Below are positions 13,396-26,963 of a stretch of 64,000 nt of DNA, in pieces. This stretch comes from Lineus longissimus. Lineage: Eukaryota. Every line of letters begins with the position of its first letter. Position 1 is the first letter of the stretch. The DNA lies in assembly GCF_910592395.1 (NCBI RefSeq), contig NC_088308.1, positions 1,178,001-1,242,000 of the forward strand, read 5' to 3'. The notes beneath the pieces were generated by a model, which was not told where the DNA came from, did no database searches, and saw nothing but the letters and a program-made list of their open reading frames with translations. The position numbers and the translations under genes are program-made.

Positions 13396-16243
13396 ATGGG
13401 ACAGAAGAATGATGCGGTGGCAACAGGTGAGTCGTCGATGTAAAAGCACTGTTTCTCTCAGCGCTACGGTGAAATACTTTTATACTTTCAGAGCGGTCTG
13501 ACGGATCAAGGCTTTATGACCTGCACGCAAATCAAAGTAACCTCTTTGTGAGAACTTTAGAATATTTTCCTCTATGACAGTTGTTCACGGTGACTGAGCA
13601 CGTTGATATAATCCGCGCACTGGGTTCGCACAATCACCTATATACCAGCCACCATGAAGGATTCAAGCAAACGTAGGGACCGGCTTCCAGCATAAACTGC
13701 CACCCTTACTCCGGCCCCACACTCTGGAAGCTGGCTTGCAACCCCTTTCTCCCAGCCACTAGAAGAGACGAGAAGTAATCCGCTTCCCTACACCCAAGCA
13801 ATCAGTCTCCCATCAAGGTTATGGCGCCTAAAGCTACGACGGATATTTCCACTTCCCTTTTTTGAAACCAAGGTGGCCTGAGGGTCCCTCTCCCAGTCGC
13901 TGGCCCAACCAGTCGTAAAACGTCCAAGCAACTGGTACAAGCACTTCCGACGCATCCTGCCTCAAACTAACGGTTACCGTGACATGCGTTTCTCGTTTCA
14001 GGTGTGCCGAAATCCCGCAGCTCCGAGTCCATCCCACCAGATCCACCGACAGCGAGCGCCCTTCTCGGTTCTGTGATGCGCATGAACGTCTTCACGAGAC
14101 GGCGGATAGGGTGGAAGCGTATACTTCTGCCCATGGTCATCTTTGCGGTGATAACGGTGCTAAAAGTCTTACCAGACAAACCAAGGGACACTTTGTCCTT
14201 GCACAAAACGTCCAGGACACACGAACCACTAGCATTCATCAACAGAAACACCCCAATTCTCAAGCGAAGGATTCAACCTTTTTGCGAGGGATTATTCAAA
14301 CAGGATGAAAAGGTGATCGATGACGCCTACGAATATATGCGGTCGTATGAGCGACAAAGTATAACGGATGATGGCTACATTTCCAAGACTAGGGACTGCC
14401 CTAGCTTTATCCAGGAGCGAGGATACATCATGAAGCCCCTCTCGCAAGAGGAGAATGACTTTCCTATTGCATACAGCATGCTTATGTACAAAGACGTTGA
14501 GCAAGCGGAGCGATTGTTGCGCGCAGTTTACATGCCGCAAAACGTCTACTGTCTCCACGTAGACCTCGACTCTCCCAAGTCAGTTCGGGAAGCCATGCAC
14601 GGGATCGCAGGCTGTTTACCCAATGTTTTCATTGCTTCCAAGCTGATTAAAGTCAACTGGGGGACTGTGTCAGTATTAGAGGCAGATTTGAACTGCATGG
14701 AGGACTTATTGAAGTTCAAAAGGTGGAAGTACTTTATTAATCTGACAGGGCAAGAGATGCCTCTGCTGAGTAATCGACAGATTGTTCGTGTGCTGAAGGC
14801 CTTGAATGGTTCCAATGATGTGGATGCAAGCGTAAAGAGGTAAGTTGTGACCGTTAGGGGAAGGGGAGCCTATACCATGTTGAGGGATAGTGATGTCGTG
14901 ATGACATCGTCGTAAAGTGCCGACGTGTCAGGCAAAGAGAAGTCTACCTACGGGAGTGATTGCTGGATTTTAGGGTCTTGTCCGGGGCATGGTAATTCCC
15001 GGAGCATATATATATCTGACCCGTCAGCCTAAATATGGGGAAAGAAAACTGGCTACGCTTCACTGCCACACAGAAGGGCGGTGTTTTATCTCGGCAATAA
15101 CGCAGACCAACCTTTTCCTTTCCAGGCGCAACGTGAGGCGCACGAAATATGAACACATGGCATGGTTCGGTCTCCCCTCGATAACGATGATGACATTCCG
15201 ACTAAAGCCGCCGCCCCCGCGTGATATCGTCCTTGCCAAGGGGTCCGTCCACATCGTAGCCAAGAGAGGCTACGTCCAGTACGTCATTCATGACCCGCTC
15301 TCTAAGGAGTTCAGAGAATGGCTGAGGGACACGTGGATTCCTGATGAAACATTCTTCTCTTCTCTGAACCATAACCCAAAGCTTAATGTCCCTGGGTCAT
15401 ACTTAGGTTTGTATCCTAGTGCCAGAGAAAAGGTACTCTAATAATGGCATAATCCTGATCTTCAGAAAATCACAGAGTTCTGTAAAATATAACCGGGAAA
15501 GCAAATTCTACGTCAATGTTATAGTAGATAGCATTTTGTTAGTAACGTTTTGATGAGTGATCGTGTTATGTTGTTAGAGCCTGACATTCTCCAGTCACAA
15601 CTCGGATCGATATCTTACAGGAACTCGTTAGATGATTATATGTCATCAATCATCATGATGTGAAGTATATATAATCGCCCGCAGGTTTGAAAGATCTCAC
15701 GTTGTGATGGTACACTTTCATTAAAACTAGCTCTTCGTGTATATACGTCTTGATATTCTGATGCATTTCAGTAATTCAGTGATGAGACTAAGAGAAATCT
15801 GGTGGAACGAATGAAACTCGGCAATCCGGTGTAGGCTGTCCAGCCGTGCCCAAACTTTAAGAGTCATTAAATAAGTAACTATACTTCTTCACAGATACCT
15901 TTACCTCAAAATTTCATTACATTTTTCAGGTGAGCCAGAGACAGACCCCATCAAAAAGCCTTATATAGCGAGATTGAAAAACTGGGGCCAATGGCCCTTC
16001 GATTACGGACCTTGCCTTGGGAAGTGGGTCCATGGAATATGCATTCCCGGTATAAGAGACATAGCAAAATTCAAAGACGCTCATGAGCTGATTGTGAACA
16101 AATTCCACCAGGATTTTGACTTTTTGACTTTAGATTGTATAGAGGAGTTACAATTTAACCGGACAATCTCTTCTGCTCAACCGAACTTCCAATTTAATGA
16201 CAGCTATTACAGACAGTTAACATACGTTCGAAATCATCTATGA
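13396..16243 (+). CDS. GCNT: Core-2/I-branching beta-1,6-N-acetylglucosaminyltransferase (GT14), 4 exons, ~487 aa
   Basis: Exons 13396-13426, 14002-14839, 15126-15406 and 15930-16243 join in frame with GT-AG introns. Type II TM anchor (ILLPMVIFAVITVL). Motifs FPIAYSMLMYKD, ERLLRAVYMPQNVYCLHVD, WKYFINLTGQEMPL, PDETFFSSLN, CLGKWVHGICIPG and NKFHQDFD. The ATG at 14076 is an alternative start. Confidence 0.93.
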
Positions 16244-17199
16244 CCCCAGAATCGGTTTAATATCATTTACATAATCAACCAGAAGAGGGGGACAAGAACC
16301 TTTTGAATACAACTCTCTCCTGGCAGCTTCCAGTGAATAAGCACCCTAAGAGACATTTATCATTTAACACTATCATGTTGGCGGTCATTGACTTCACTTA
16401 AAGTTTTGTCCCGCCAATTCTCAAATACTCCCAACTTCGTCTAAATTAATAAACAGTGCATGTGTTATAAAAGTAATTGTGGATACGCCATATGTGTCGT
16501 GGGTCACCTCGTTGGTGAGGTCATTTCTCTATCTTGGGCAATAATATAGAGCATCACTCGATTTACATTTATCGATGTTCTATGATAACTCGTGGTGAAA
16601 ACGTATCATTTTTCCTGAAACCTTCAGAGCTTTTAAAGGAATTGATACCAAACTGGAGGTATTGGTTGTCTCACCGAACACCCCAAGGCCAAATATTGCC
16701 CAAACATAGTGGTCGCACTGACAGCTCCTCCCGATACCGTCGACAGTGAGGAATAAGTTTCTCTTCTGAAACACCTCAAGCATAACATCATGTCAAGCAT
16801 AATCCGCTGAGACGATGCGTTCGAACCATTTTATGCCAATAATCCAAGAGAGAAGGTCGTCCGTCTCACTGATGTCATGTCATACGTTGGCCTTTCGCTT
16901 CGAAACGTCCGCTCTTAGATCGGGGGAAATATGTATTGCACGTGTTTATGGGCATTCTCATATTTATACAGTATGTACCCGATTATATTGTAGCTTAGCA
17001 CCATGCAGTCTGCTGGTGACGGTGACTTTACATTTTGTGTCGTCGGTCTCTTTAGGACTGATTAGAGAGTTCTAAAATAACGCTCAAAATACATGTAAGG
17101 AGAAAATTCCTCCAGTCTCGCTCTTGGCGGGCTCGATGCAAGGAGCCATTATGACATAGCTCAGTAATTATTACATATCATTCGAAAGCTCCTTTTATA

Positions 17200-17870
17200 C
17201 AATGATTGGAAGGTGTTTGTCATATAATGGTTTGGTAACTCTTTCTTACGTAATGAAGTGGTATAGATATTTGTAATTCAATGATTTGGTAGCTCTTTGT
17301 TACGTAATGATTTGCAAGTCCTTTGTTATGTAATGGTTTGGTAGATCTTTTATCAAAAAAGCTTTTCAATCGTTCAGTGATTTTAGTGTTTGTACAGTAA
17401 GTTGTAAACTTCGCCCTGTATGATTTGAAAACTCCTCGTTTTGAAACCTTTTCGTTTATTAATGATTTGAAACTTCGTTCAGTAATGAAGTGATAGTCTT
17501 CGATCAGTGTAAATGAAACCTCATCGTTATTATGACTTTAATATAAACACTTGTATCAGTAATGTTTTGACGGCCGACCGGCTGATAATGACATGATAGT
17601 TCTCGTTCTGTACCGGTACCGCTTTAAAAGCTTTTCGTAGGCTGTCGTTATTTGATAACCCCTCGTTGTCTAATGATTCGATCATGTGTCTTTTTTATGT
17701 AATGAAGTTGATTTGGCTAAGGCCCAATTTCTGGGCCACAACGCCTAAATGATAATGATGATGATCGCTCTCTCTTCATGGAATAATTTAATAGTTCTTC
17801 GTATGTAATGATCAGTGAGAAAACTCGCTGTGCCATGATCCTTCAATTGCTAGTTTTTGCTGTCGCAATG
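17200..17870. repeat. Old, degenerate tandem repeat, ~26-28 bp period
   Basis: Recurrent TAATGATTTG(G)TAGCTCTTTGTTACG-like units; boundaries are approximate. Confidence 0.5.
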
Positions 17871-17978
17871 ATGTGTCGTATTTGATTAAAATTCATTTTT
17901 CTTATACACAAACTTTAGTTTCTGTTCTTTATACATTGTCGTGTATTTCGAACAAGATCTTGCAAGAGACCTGCCTCG

Positions 17979-18134
17979 CCCTTACGAAAAAATATCAGGG
18001 ATTCATTATGGTGAAATCTGAATTCACCATGGTAATATTTCACCGTCCCAATTCACCATAGCGAAGTGCTGGCAGTTCACCATGGTGAACTGTGGATTTG
18101 CCATGGTGAAAGTGAGAATTTTTTTTCAAGAGGG
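17979..18134. mobile_element. Putative small TIR element with CCC...GGG ends and internal TTCACCATGGTGAA palindromes
   Basis: The left end CCCTTACGAAAAAA pairs imperfectly with the right end TTTTTTTCAAGAGGG. There are several CACCATGGTG-like motifs inside and a related motif near 60090-60115. No clear TSD. Confidence 0.45.
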
Positions 18135-19430
18135 CCGCCTGACTCGTTCTTGGAAACTTGGCCTGCATCATATAGGGCCTTTACACGAGGATTGACGGTC
18201 GCCTGGTTCAGATCACCAGTGCCAGACGGGCGGTGTCAAGCTATCACCGACTTTTCCATCTACCACAACCTATTAAATACAACCGTCCGTGGATCGGGAA
18301 TAAGTAGCATCGGGACTCAGTATGTTCTCCACAGGGTTTTCTCAAGGTAGGGTGGTACCCTTGAAAAGGATTTATAATCAAAATGTTTCGTCAGTGTGTG
18401 AAACACAAGGTAGGTTGGCCAGCACTTCATAGAAACCCTTTACAAAGTTCTCGAGCAAGGTATGCAGGATGGCTCTTCCAAGCTGCCAATGCAGGGAGGG
18501 CTGCCCTGACAAATGGCCTTGCGCAGAACCCCGGACACAATATAGGAAGAAGTTGGAAACTTCACCTACGGTGTCGCCACCAGGTCGAATATGAAGGTCT
18601 CGTTAGGGAGTTTTTCCCAAATGTACGCGATGATGACGTGCCCCATTAACAGGACGTAACATCTATTTTAAAATGCGTTTCCAAAGTGATTGCACGAGGA
18701 CAACCCATTTGTGTCGTATGTCCCTTGAAACGCCCGATTCCCCTGATTCTGCAGGATGTTAAATCGGGCATTTTATTTCTTTTAGTAAATCATAAGCGTC
18801 GCATTTGCTCCTAGCTCTGTTCACCATCCCACATGGCAATATTGCCTATTGGGCCGGACAATCACGAAAATCTGAATAATTCTTACAGTGACCATTCCCC
18901 CATGAAGACAGTTGCTTACGCTACACAAAAATAAAAAAAATCGAGGGTCAACCATTGAACTTTTGAGATATGTTGAATTTTGCACAAATCAGCGAAAAAC
19001 GCACCAACTGGCACTGGACGGCATTTCAACACGGGGCCGACGCACATCCCAAGTTCAGTGTACACATACGTCGGCAACAAGAGTAAATGCGTAGTTTCTT
19101 GTTAGCCGCATATTGAGTAGCGCTCTAGGTTTCAGAAACTCAGAAAAAACATGTTTTTGCAAAAACAACTGCTGAATTAACTCTGACATACTGTGAGGAC
19201 CGAGAAATCAATGATTTTAGGAACTACGGTTAGCGGTTGGCCGCGCATGAATACAAAAAAACTCCCTAATGAGACCGAAGACGCCGATCGCGGTAGTAGC
19301 GGATTTTTGTGAGCGACGACCACAACAAAAAGTGTAAACATGGCGATTCGACCTGTTGTCAAAAAATCTTTCTAAATCTGTCAATATGTTGTCTTACTGG
19401 TTGTATTTTCTTTGTTGATAGTGATTGATA

Positions 19431-22400
19431 ATGTCAGTGTCAGATCCACTCCTCAAGAAACTAAAAGGTAACAATCAATAACTTGATGATGTGCTCTGTA
19501 TGCAGTGGCACTGGCAGTGCCTTAAGTTTCACTTCATTCTCATCATGATGATCATCGATCATGTTCTTGACTTGATGACATGACATCATGTGCACATGCA
19601 TGTCCAATCCATCTAGGTAATGTCTTGATATTTTGGTCTGTTTGTTTCAGGTTATGTTGCTGAATTCCGCAGCAGCTCTAACCCTATTCGAGACTACCAT
19701 CCTCATCTTCTGCCATTCTGCGAGACTATTGAAGAGATTCTGCGCAAAGGAATCAAACGTATGTTAATGTTACGACGTCGGGAGTAAGACATCAGTTAAC
19801 CAGATCAGCACCAATCTGCTGAAAAAGAAGTACTGTGTCTTCATAAAGACTACATGTATATAGCACCTTGGCAGAAATCACAGTCATACGCTTTTGACTG
19901 CTGGAAAACAAGTGGATGATGAACAACAAGAATAAGAGGCTGACTTGGTTGAAAGACGAGACGAGTTGAACCAATACTAAACTATCCTCTATTCAGTTTT
20001 CTATATTTTACCTTCTGGTTACTCTTTATTTCTCTAGATGTCCCCTCCTTCTTTGGAATTCAAAAGCGAGATTACTGGGCATGGCTTTCCACATTAGAGG
20101 AAAGTGATATTGGAGCAAGGTAGGCAATATGTTCCTCGTTTAGGGCAATTGATATCATTTGAACCCTTGTTTCAATGTGATTCCTCAGGGAATTGTTGCA
20201 TGTGTTATCAGTCTTGACAGAAGAAACATTTACACATTGACTGATGAAATCATAACACTTGGACTGATGAGAAGTTACATGACTGATGAACAGTCTACTC
20301 CATGACTGATGAACAGTCTACACCATGACTGATGATGCAGTCTACTCCATGACTGATGAACAGTCTACACCATGACTGATGAACAGTCTACACCATGACT
20401 GATGAACAGTCTACACCATGACTGATGAACAGTGTACACCATGACTGATGAACAGTCTACACCATGACTGATGAACAGTCTACACCATGACTGATGAACA
20501 GTCTACACCATGACTGATGAACAGTCTACACCATGACTGATGAACAGTCTACACCATGACTGATCATGCTGATGAAAAGTTTACACATTGCTTGGCTGAA
20601 GAATGCAACAAATGAAGCAAATATTACCTGCCTTTTGTTGAAAAGGTTATATATGAAGATTTCTCAAAATACCTAATCTCGACTTCTGACTTCTTAGTCA
20701 TGCACTTCCACCAATACCCTTTCAACTGAATTCAATTCTGCAACATCTCTTTTAAGATATAACCCAACATTCCACATCATCGTCAGTGCAATCAAGTCAT
20801 CACCAAAGGTATTTATTGTTATAATACATTACAGTAATAATGCCAGTTTTACTGTTGCAAAGTACATATTCAAATGATCCAAATTCTGCTTGTTGTCAAA
20901 ACTCAGATGTAAGAAGAAAACAGGCATTTTTAAGATGAATGTACCATACACTTAATTTTCCCTGCAACAGTTACCAAAAGTGGCCAGTCTTTTGAAATGA
21001 CAAGTCTACTCTGAAACATCATTCTGTTTTATGGCTACTGGCAGTGGTTTTGTGAACTGAAAATGAATGATGCATTGCAATGTCCAAGTTACGTTGTGAT
21101 TTGATCAATCTCTTTTATATTTTAGCTTAAAACTACCCAAGGAAGGGGGCGTGCTTTCTTGAGAGCAGCACTTCAAAAGAAAGCCTTAAAACATCCAATA
21201 CAATGCTTAGTTCGCTCTACAGCTTTTGTTGAGGTAAAACAGGACTCACCTGACTCAAAATTTGATTGATTGTTCTGTGATATGCTTTGATATTGAATGG
21301 GAAAGAACTGTGGTTTTAGCTTGTTGTAGGATTGTAGAAATTGGATCTTGTCTCTTTCATTCATTGTTGATTGGAGACGCATTTGATAACCAAATGGTGA
21401 AGCAATATGTCACTTTGGATGCCGATCATGGTGGTGCCACAGGCTGACATGTTTATGCATCGAAGCTGTTGTTATAATGGTAAAGGCCTGGAGATATGTT
21501 TTCAAATCTGTTCCGTTTGTTTCATGACTCACCCAGAAGAGAAAACTTTGTAGTCACATGCAGATTGCTTTGGGATGAAGCCAACTTTTGATGTACAGCA
21601 GCATGCTAATTGAATTAACTTCTTTTTCAGCCGTGGTATGACCCCTTGTTTTCTATCATTGGAAATGAAATCCTATCAGGTATGATGACTGAATGCCAAT
21701 TACAAGTCCGCCTCAAACACCCATTCCCCCTCCAAAAAAAACCACAAAATTTTTTTGTTTCATTACTCGTACAAAATCGATAACTTGATACAATCATGTC
21801 GCATATTAAGAAGTCTGTAACGTCATTACCATTGTTACTACTGTCACTTTAACTTGACTGTGATTACAAATGTATGGTTAATTGGTTTGAAGAGTAGTTT
21901 TGGAAGAAATTGGAAACTAAAGTTGTTTTCCTCTGTTTTGCAGAGATCTTTCTCTCCTTACTCCATGAAATAGGAGAAATTACCTTCAAGCTGAATCTCA
22001 AAGTAAGTGAGAGTATTGTATCGCCAGAGGTATGGTGAACGTTCTTAGAGAGTCTTAGTTTTGGCTGTGTTAAGAGAGAAATACCTTTGATCTGTAGATT
22101 CTGTGAAGGACTGGCACATTCTGATAGGGACAATAGAATAAAAAAGTTCCCTTTCTCAACTTGGAAAACTACTAGAAATTGCCCTGCAAATTACTGTTTC
22201 ATTTATCTGTTTCAGAACTGTACATTTTTGGATGAAACTTGGGTTATACCAGTAAGTATCATGTCATGGTTGTGATAATTCAACTTCTGATTGATGTATA
22301 CTAGTAGGCGGACATTGGCAGCACAAATCATTTTGACCTTCAAGGTTAAAACCTTGCTACAGACTTAGCCCCAGCCCCCTTATGTCCGAGGTAATGCTGT

Positions 22401-25400
22401 GGTGGAGGGCCTACCCAAGCATGATGACCAGTATGCAAAGGTAGGAGGATAGACTTGGCTGATTGCTTCTTCCTAACAGAGTTCCAGATTGAAGTGGATA
22501 TTCCACTCAACTTCTGTTCCATTTTGATCTTGCAGATATACAGGTCCTATGAATTTGTACCATGCAAGGATCTAGGAATATTAGTACAGTGAGTACATTT
22601 ATTCATCAAAGTTTGTTCTGTACTCGTAAAGTACCATTTTCATATATTTCCTCATCAAAAGGTTTCTAACAGTACAATAGCGGTTTTGCCATCAGTACTG
22701 ATAATCTAACAGCTGTGAATTGTGCCGGTGGGCAGTTCAATATTTTCATTGAATTGGCCTGATGCATTGTACCCAAATAACCGGTTGTTGTTTGAAATGT
22801 TCAAGATATGGGTTGTTTTTCTTACAGATATATCTCGGACAGAGTTGTTGTGGAGAGAGTTGACAGTGGAAGTGTGGCAGAGGAGGATGTAAGCTTGTTA
22901 ATTTGAGATTGGCAATTTAGAAAAAAAAATCGAGGGCAAGCGAGCAAACTTTGCTCATAACTGGCTCTGACAGTATTTGTGCAAGTTGTACTCAGGCAAT
23001 TATTATTCTATGTAACCATTCAAGATTCAATTTCAATCATTGACATGTCTGTTTGCATCATAATGCTGTTTAAAACAAAAAACTTATTCACTCTTTGTCA
23101 GTGCGAGTAAAGTTTAGCTTCACTTGAAAATTATGACTACCGGTACATGTATTTATGTTCTGTAAACAAGAATGAAATTACTGTAGCAGCGGAAGTAAAT
23201 AACTGGTATTGATTTTCTGTTGTGTGGACTAAGTGAGGGCTGTTACATCTGGAGCCTATAGGTGTACATGTACTGCAGTGTATGAATGCACCATTAGGCC
23301 TGCAGACAGGTGTGAAGGTAATTGGTACCAGCTTGTCTGCTTGATACAGTTGAATAAAACAGATTGTCTCGATTATATTTCTTTCTCATACTGGTATAGA
23401 AGACTTTTAAGTGTGGTGATATAGCAATAGCTCAGATAGAGACATTATACGGCCCTTATGAATACTCACCCCTTAAAGGGAGAATATAGGCACACATTAT
23501 TGTATAATAAGTGTTTTGTATCTTCATTAAAGGTACATGTTCATGTCTTTGCAAATTATGAATCTGACTTCAGATGGCCTTGGACACAGGCAAAGAGCCT
23601 GAAGAGGAGTGATACCTCACATGTCACATATCTTTGTTTTCATCATTCAAGATACATAAATGCTATATCGGTATCCCCCCTACTTTCATGGCTACAGCCA
23701 TTCTCCATTTTAACAATGCACTTCCAATACAAAACACAAAGTTATAAAGCCTTGCCCCATTGTTTCAGGGAAAGATTCAACCTGGTGATATACTCGATGA
23801 GCTCTATGGAGAACCGTTACGGAATGTCAAGAAAGGCAAGGTAAGGTGCATTTTATTGCTTGAATTTGCACAGCAAGGCCCAACAGTATACATGTACTTG
23901 TAGTTTCAATGCCAAAATGTATGTCTCAGTAGGCAGTACTTTGAGTATACGGTTAAAGACTCATGAGTGACAACAATAACACATCTGCATCAATACAAGA
24001 ACACCTGCATCAATACATGTACTTTGTGACATATTGTTTTGTACCTTGTAGATGCCAGGCTTACTGAAGCAGAATCAAGGCTTCCCAGTCTACCTGTCAG
24101 TCGTTAAGGTGAGTAAGATTTCACCTGTTTTCAAGGGGGACAAGACCCAGGAGCTAGGTCTTTCAGTTGCTGGTCTCCACTGGATCTGGTTAAAGGTATT
24201 CCTCCAAGTAACTTGAATAGTGCTGGTATATCTTGAGACACTGGTGACATGGGCAACTTTGTGCTACAAATCTGGCACACTCCGGCTCCTGCCTACATGT
24301 ATAGTCTCCTAATCAGACTGACCGAGTGTTAATCTATATATTTGATTTATCTCTCCACCTCCAGTGCCATATGCCTGATGGATCCATCTTCCCTCCCGTG
24401 GTCAAGCTGCTGAGACAGGTTGGCAAGACTGTCGACACGTTACAGAAGGTCTTGGAGGAACAGGCAGAGTATGAATCCCGTGCCGAAGACACTGATCGGA
24501 TCCCCCCACATGCCCAGTTACCTGAAGACGACATGGACGAGGTACCTGTGTCTAATCCAGATGATACGTAAGTGAAAGGATGTTATCTCCACCTTCTGGT
24601 TGTGACTCCTCACGAGCCCAGTTGGAATAAATAGAGATAGAAATAGAAAACCATGGAGTCTCTCCATGTACAACTCAAACATGAAAAAGATGATTCGTAT
24701 GTGGGAACATCCCAACTGGTTTTTGGTTCCCCTCGATGGCCTGTTATTGAAGTTCTAGAGAGGTCCCATCCTCTGCACTGTTGATACCAGTACCTACAAT
24801 TTCTGATATGTCTGTTGAGTGGTTACTTATTGTGATGTCTTTCAATTTCAGCGCCTGTTACTCCTGTCACTTTGTGGGGACATTACGACTTGGACCGGTG
24901 AGTATCTGATCACAGCACAGTTATATGATATATTATACAACACTAGGCTAACAGGTATTGAAATCTTGTAAGTAGATATTTGATTAACATTTTGAAAACT
25001 TGTCTGTTTTCAGTACGGTGGAGTAGAGCAGATTGAAACAGCAATAGCAACAATTCGACAAAATCATTTAGATTCAAGTGCCTACCAGGTAATTATCCTC
25101 CTTGACACAATTCCTCATTTGATCTCATCAAGCAATGCCATCTGTAGAATCAGCTGCAAAAACACATGTTACAAATGAAGTGTTTTTATAATGCTATAAT
25201 AAAGTTCTACACAAGGGTGCAAGTCTGAAGCTAATTTACTCAATCCATCTTGATTTTGTACACCAAAATACTAAATTTCTCGTGGCTTTCGAAGAACATT
25301 CAAAACATATGTCGCCTTTTTTTCTCAAAACGCCGAAATGGATTTGTGGTGTTCTGAATCAAAACTACATGTATTCAAATGTAGATAGAGAGTTCGTGTT

Positions 25401-26119
25401 GGGTCGATAGAACCAAACAGCCATTGCATACAGAAGATACATTTGTCAGGAGATCCACCTTGGCCTTTTTCTTGTTGTGTTTCCAGCGAGTCCAAGTTGA
25501 CCTTGGTGAAACTGGTGTCTTAGTCACAGACTCTAAGACCAAAGAAGAAATTTACAACCATTCGTACACAGAGATCTCTGCCTGTGGACGAAGAGTGGAT
25601 GCCGTCGAATATTTTGCATATGTGGCGGGGTGAGTATTCAGTCCCAGAATTTGACAAGTTCTGAGTATCTGTTGACATTGAGAGCACTGCGAAATACCAG
25701 TATTTCAAAGTCGGCCATTTGAATGTTAAAGTTTTTTTCACACTTTTCAGGGAGACCACATGCACGCTGGCCAAGGATTTTGTGTGCTTTGTTTTTAAAG
25801 GACGGAATGATGAAGATGCCAAGACAATATTGTGTAGTATTGGTGAGCTTTATTTTAGACTTTGACTATATCATTTCTGTTTTACATGTAGGCCTCCACA
25901 TCACCATCGGGCCTTCCATCACATTTTGTGATTTTGCCTTTTTTGATGTGTCAAACACATGTAAACAGTGTTTTGCTTAGAGTACCGGTAGCTGGGTAAC
26001 AAAATCCATATGTAGCATGTAGCTTGTTCATCCTTCTGTTAAGTGACATGCAAGAGCTAATAATTGGGAAATTCTGTTTTTCAGCGCAAGGTTTTGAAAG
26101 GACCCACTGGTTCGTCTGA
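19431..26119 (+). CDS. RUN-PDZ-PTB domain protein, 18 exons, ~455 aa
   Basis: Exons 19431-19467, 19651-19758, 20038-20119, 20757-20808, 21126-21233, 21631-21679, 21944-22002, 22216-22251, 22536-22588, 22828-22888, 23769-23840, 24052-24108, 24365-24567, 24852-24897, 25014-25088, 25487-25629, 25751-25842, 26085-26119. All introns are GT-AG and phase-consistent, total 1368 nt. RUN motifs: FCETIEEILRKGIK, FGIQKRDYW, GRGRAFLRAAL, WYDP. PDZ motifs: KDLGILV, VERVDSGSVAEEDGKIQPGDILDEL. PTB motifs: YSCHFVG, HSYTEISACG, FAYVAG, FVCFVF, ILCSIAQGF. Confidence 0.9.
20281..20563. repeat. 23-bp minisatellite (GACTGATGAACAGTCTACACCAT), ~12 copies, in intron 3 of the RUN-PDZ-PTB gene
   Basis: Near-identical tandem units seen directly, with degenerate units on both flanks. 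Confidence 0.95.
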
Positions 26120-26797
26120 GGAGTGATGCAGCATAATGTGATGCCTCAGACTCATGGTACTTAAAGCCATTTCACTCGATCAAAACTATGGACTCCATTA
26201 CGACTGAAATATCTTCCAATCACAGCAAATGAATACCCCTTGGATATCTATGACTCTAAATACAAGCTGTCGGTTCTGGTGTCATTGGCCTCTGTCATAG
26301 ATAATCTCATCAGATTAGATGACAAACATGTGGCCCTTGGTGGAAACAACGACGTCACATCTGGACAACATGATCATCACTTGATCCAGCAGTTGAATAT
26401 TAATGGCTGTAGCCATGCCAGGACCGGCAGTCAGACATGTGGCAGCTAAGCAGGTGATGAAGCCGATGATGCTAAAAAGGTTCTTCAAAGCAGTGGTTTT
26501 CCGCTTCGTCAGTTTTGTTACAGTTTGTACTTGGTTGTTACAAGTTTGAGTTGAGTATCCTTGCAAAGGATTATTGAATGTGAAATGTGTATAAATTATG
26601 AAAAGCAGCATGATTTCTTCCTCTTATTTAAGTCACTTTATCTAGCATGGGTACTGGGTTACTTTCCTTTAAGCATACTCTTCTCACATGTAATTTTATT
26701 CTCATGATAGACATGTATTTGTGTAGTCTTCCTCTAAGATAACTGGCAAGAAGAATATCTGGAATAATTGACCGTTTATTGAGATATTAAACATTAG

Positions 26798-26963
26798 GGG
26801 CCGAATTTACAAAGGGTGTTTAGCTTAAAACAGCGTTTAATGTCTGAATAGACAGAGTCAGGGCCTTGCAGGGTTTCTTCATGAAAACCGCATTAGGCCC
26901 TGAAACTGATTATGTAGAATTTACACGCGTCTAACTCTTAAACACCCTTCGTAAATTCGGCCC
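26798..26963. mobile_element. MITE with GGGCC termini and a 3-bp TSD (PIF/Harbinger-like)
   Basis: TIR GGGCCGAATTTAC(A/G)AAGGGTGTTTA at both ends. TAG is duplicated at 26795-26797 and 26964-26966. Confidence 0.85.

Noticed and set aside
20240..20580. Hammerhead ribozyme array (CTGATGA cores)
   Set aside because: No stem II followed by GAAA and no matching cleavage-site helices in the units.
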